Positions 30,685 to 32,000 of a DNA stretch of 32,000 nucleotides are shown in pieces. The notes beneath the pieces are model-generated. The model was not told where the DNA came from and ran no database searches. It saw nothing but the letters and a program-made list of their open reading frames with translations. The position numbers and the translations under genes were made by a program. Each line of letters begins with the position of its first letter. The first letter of the stretch is position 1. The stretch is from Dickeya dadantii NCPPB 898 (lineage in GTDB: Bacteria > Pseudomonadota > Gammaproteobacteria > Enterobacterales > Enterobacteriaceae), in the NCBI RefSeq assembly GCF_000406145.1, contig NZ_CM001976.1, positions 1,147,263 to 1,179,262 on the forward strand. The letters run 5' to 3'.

Positions 30685-31017
30685 TTACTGAATCATCATG
30701 TTGTGGTGCGCATTCATCATGATCCACAGGGATCCCACCACCACGATTGCGATAATCAGGGCGGTAAACACAATGGCTACCACATTCCAACGCTCTTCTG
30801 ATGAGGTATTGAGATGCAGGAAGTACACCAGATGAACCAGAATCTGGACAACGGCGCAGCCCAGCACGGTCAGCAGAATGACGCTGTGGGAAGCCGAACC
30901 GTTCATCACCAGACCGAATGGAATAACGGTCAGGATGATGGACAGGACGAAACCAATCAGATAGGACTTCACGCTACCGTGGCTGGCGCCGGCATGATCG
31001 TGTGTGGAATGACTCAT
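30685..31017 (-). CDS. cyoD: Cytochrome bo3 ubiquinol oxidase subunit IV
   Basis: Homology to E. coli CyoD starts at [19 protein letters not shown] (ATG 31017). The ATG shares one base with the cyoC TAA (TAATG). Confidence 0.93.
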   Translation of the reverse strand: MSHSTHDHAGASHGSVKSYLIGFVLSIILTVIPFGLVMNGSASHSVILLTVLGCAVVQILVHLVYFLHLNTSSEERWNVVAIVFTALIIAIVVVGSLWIMMNAHHNMMIQ

Positions 31018-31631
31018 TACATCGCCCCCATCAGATAAACAACAGTGAAGACACAAATCCATACCACGTCAAGGAAGTGCCAGAACAGGCTCAGGCACAT
31101 CAGACGGGTCTTATTGCGACTGGTCAGGCCGTATTTCGTTACCTGGATCATCATGATGGCAATCCAGATCAGACCGGAGGTCACGTGGATACCGTGGGTG
31201 CCGACCAGCGCAAAGAACGCGGACAGGAACGCGCTGCGGTCAGGACCGGCGCCTTCGGCGATCAGGTGATGGAATTCGTAGATTTCCATCCCGATGAACA
31301 CCAGCCCGAACAGAAAGGTCAAACCCAGCCAGGCGTTAACCTGGCTCTTGTTGCCTTTGTTCATGGCAATCATCGCCATGCCGTAGGTGATACTACTGAA
31401 CAGCAGGGCAAAAGTTTCCACCAGCACGAACTTCAGATCGAACAGTTCTTTGCCGCTTGGGCCGCCAGCGGTGCCGTTCACCAGAACGGCGTAGGTCGCG
31501 AACAACATCCCGAACAGGATGCAGTCGCTCATCAGGTAGATCCAGAAACCGAAGACCTTATTGGCGCCGGTGTCGTGGTGCCCATGCTCGGCATGGGCTG
31601 CATTGTGATGAGTTAACGTATCAGTGGACAT
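31017..31631 (-). CDS. cyoC: Cytochrome bo3 ubiquinol oxidase subunit III
   Basis: 204 aa, collinear with E. coli CyoC (...[25 protein letters not shown]). Confidence 0.96.
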   Translation of the reverse strand: MSTDTLTHHNAAHAEHGHHDTGANKVFGFWIYLMSDCILFGMLFATYAVLVNGTAGGPSGKELFDLKFVLVETFALLFSSITYGMAMIAMNKGNKSQVNAWLGLTFLFGLVFIGMEIYEFHHLIAEGAGPDRSAFLSAFFALVGTHGIHVTSGLIWIAIMMIQVTKYGLTSRNKTRLMCLSLFWHFLDVVWICVFTVVYLMGAM

Positions 31632-32000
31632 TTTTCACGCCTGCTTTGCTGAGTTTATCGAAGTTTTGATTTTCGATTTGTTCGACCTCTTTAACCGGCA
31701 CGTAGTAATCCACGTCCTGATTAAAGCTGTGCACGATCCAGGTCGCAACCATGCCCACAAAGCCGATAATCGCCAGCCACCAGATGTACCAGATCATCGC
31801 GAAACCAAATACCAGGCTGAATGCGGAGATGATCACGCCTGCGCCGGTATTCTTCGGCATATGAATTTCTTCATACTGGGCCGGTTTGCGATAAGCATCG
31901 CCTTTTTCTTTGATTTCCCAGAATGCATCGCGTTCCTGAATATGCGGCACAATGGCAAAGTTGTAGAACGGAGGCGGAGAAGATGTTGCCCATTCCAGCG
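31621..32000 (-). CDS. cyoB: Cytochrome bo3 ubiquinol oxidase subunit I, C-terminal part (partial, continues past the window end)
   Basis: The reading frame is open to the window edge. The tail ...[32 protein letters not shown]...DVDYYVP matches the E. coli CyoB C-terminus. Overlaps the cyoC start by 11 nt. Confidence 0.93.
   Translation of the reverse strand, partial: LEWATSSPPPFYNFAIVPHIQERDAFWEIKEKGDAYRKPAQYEEIHMPKNTGAGVIISAFSLVFGFAMIWYIWWLAIIGFVGMVATWIVHSFNQDVDYYVPVKEVEQIENQNFDKLSKAGVKNVH

Overview
This window looks like a conserved Enterobacterales core-chromosome block. I recognised it by eye from protein similarity and gene order to E. coli K-12; no database search was possible. GC content and the 200-aa peroxiredoxin next to acpH suggest a Pectobacteriaceae- or Yersiniaceae-like genome, but genus cannot be assigned.

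Gene order: peroxiredoxin, acpH, queA-tgt-yajC-secD-secF, yajI, mgtA (with an mgtL-type leader), nrdR-ribD-ribH-nusB-thiL-pgpA, dxs-ispA-xseB (minus strand), thiI, yajL-panE, yajQ, yajR, cyoE-cyoD-cyoC-cyoB (partial).

Two small accessory insertions flank yajR:
- A Tat-signal aldo-keto reductase plus a signal-peptide SnoaL/NTF2-like protein, between yajQ and yajR.
- An MBL-fold protein, an atypical SDR and an AraC-family regulator, between yajR and cyoE. This islet carries a 4 x 15-bp tandem repeat.

I saw no tRNA or rRNA genes, CRISPR arrays, transposases, integrases, phage genes or recognisable defence genes, and I cannot support a convincing novel multi-gene system. The most interesting items:
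- the predicted periplasmic NAD(P)-enzyme pair;
- the mgtA leader with a proline-rich leader ORF and a terminator-like hairpin;
- the tandem repeat and possible antisense ORF at the AraC 3' end;
- a ~300-bp unexplained structured spacer with a 17-codon ORF.

All regulatory-site calls are motif-by-eye and low confidence.
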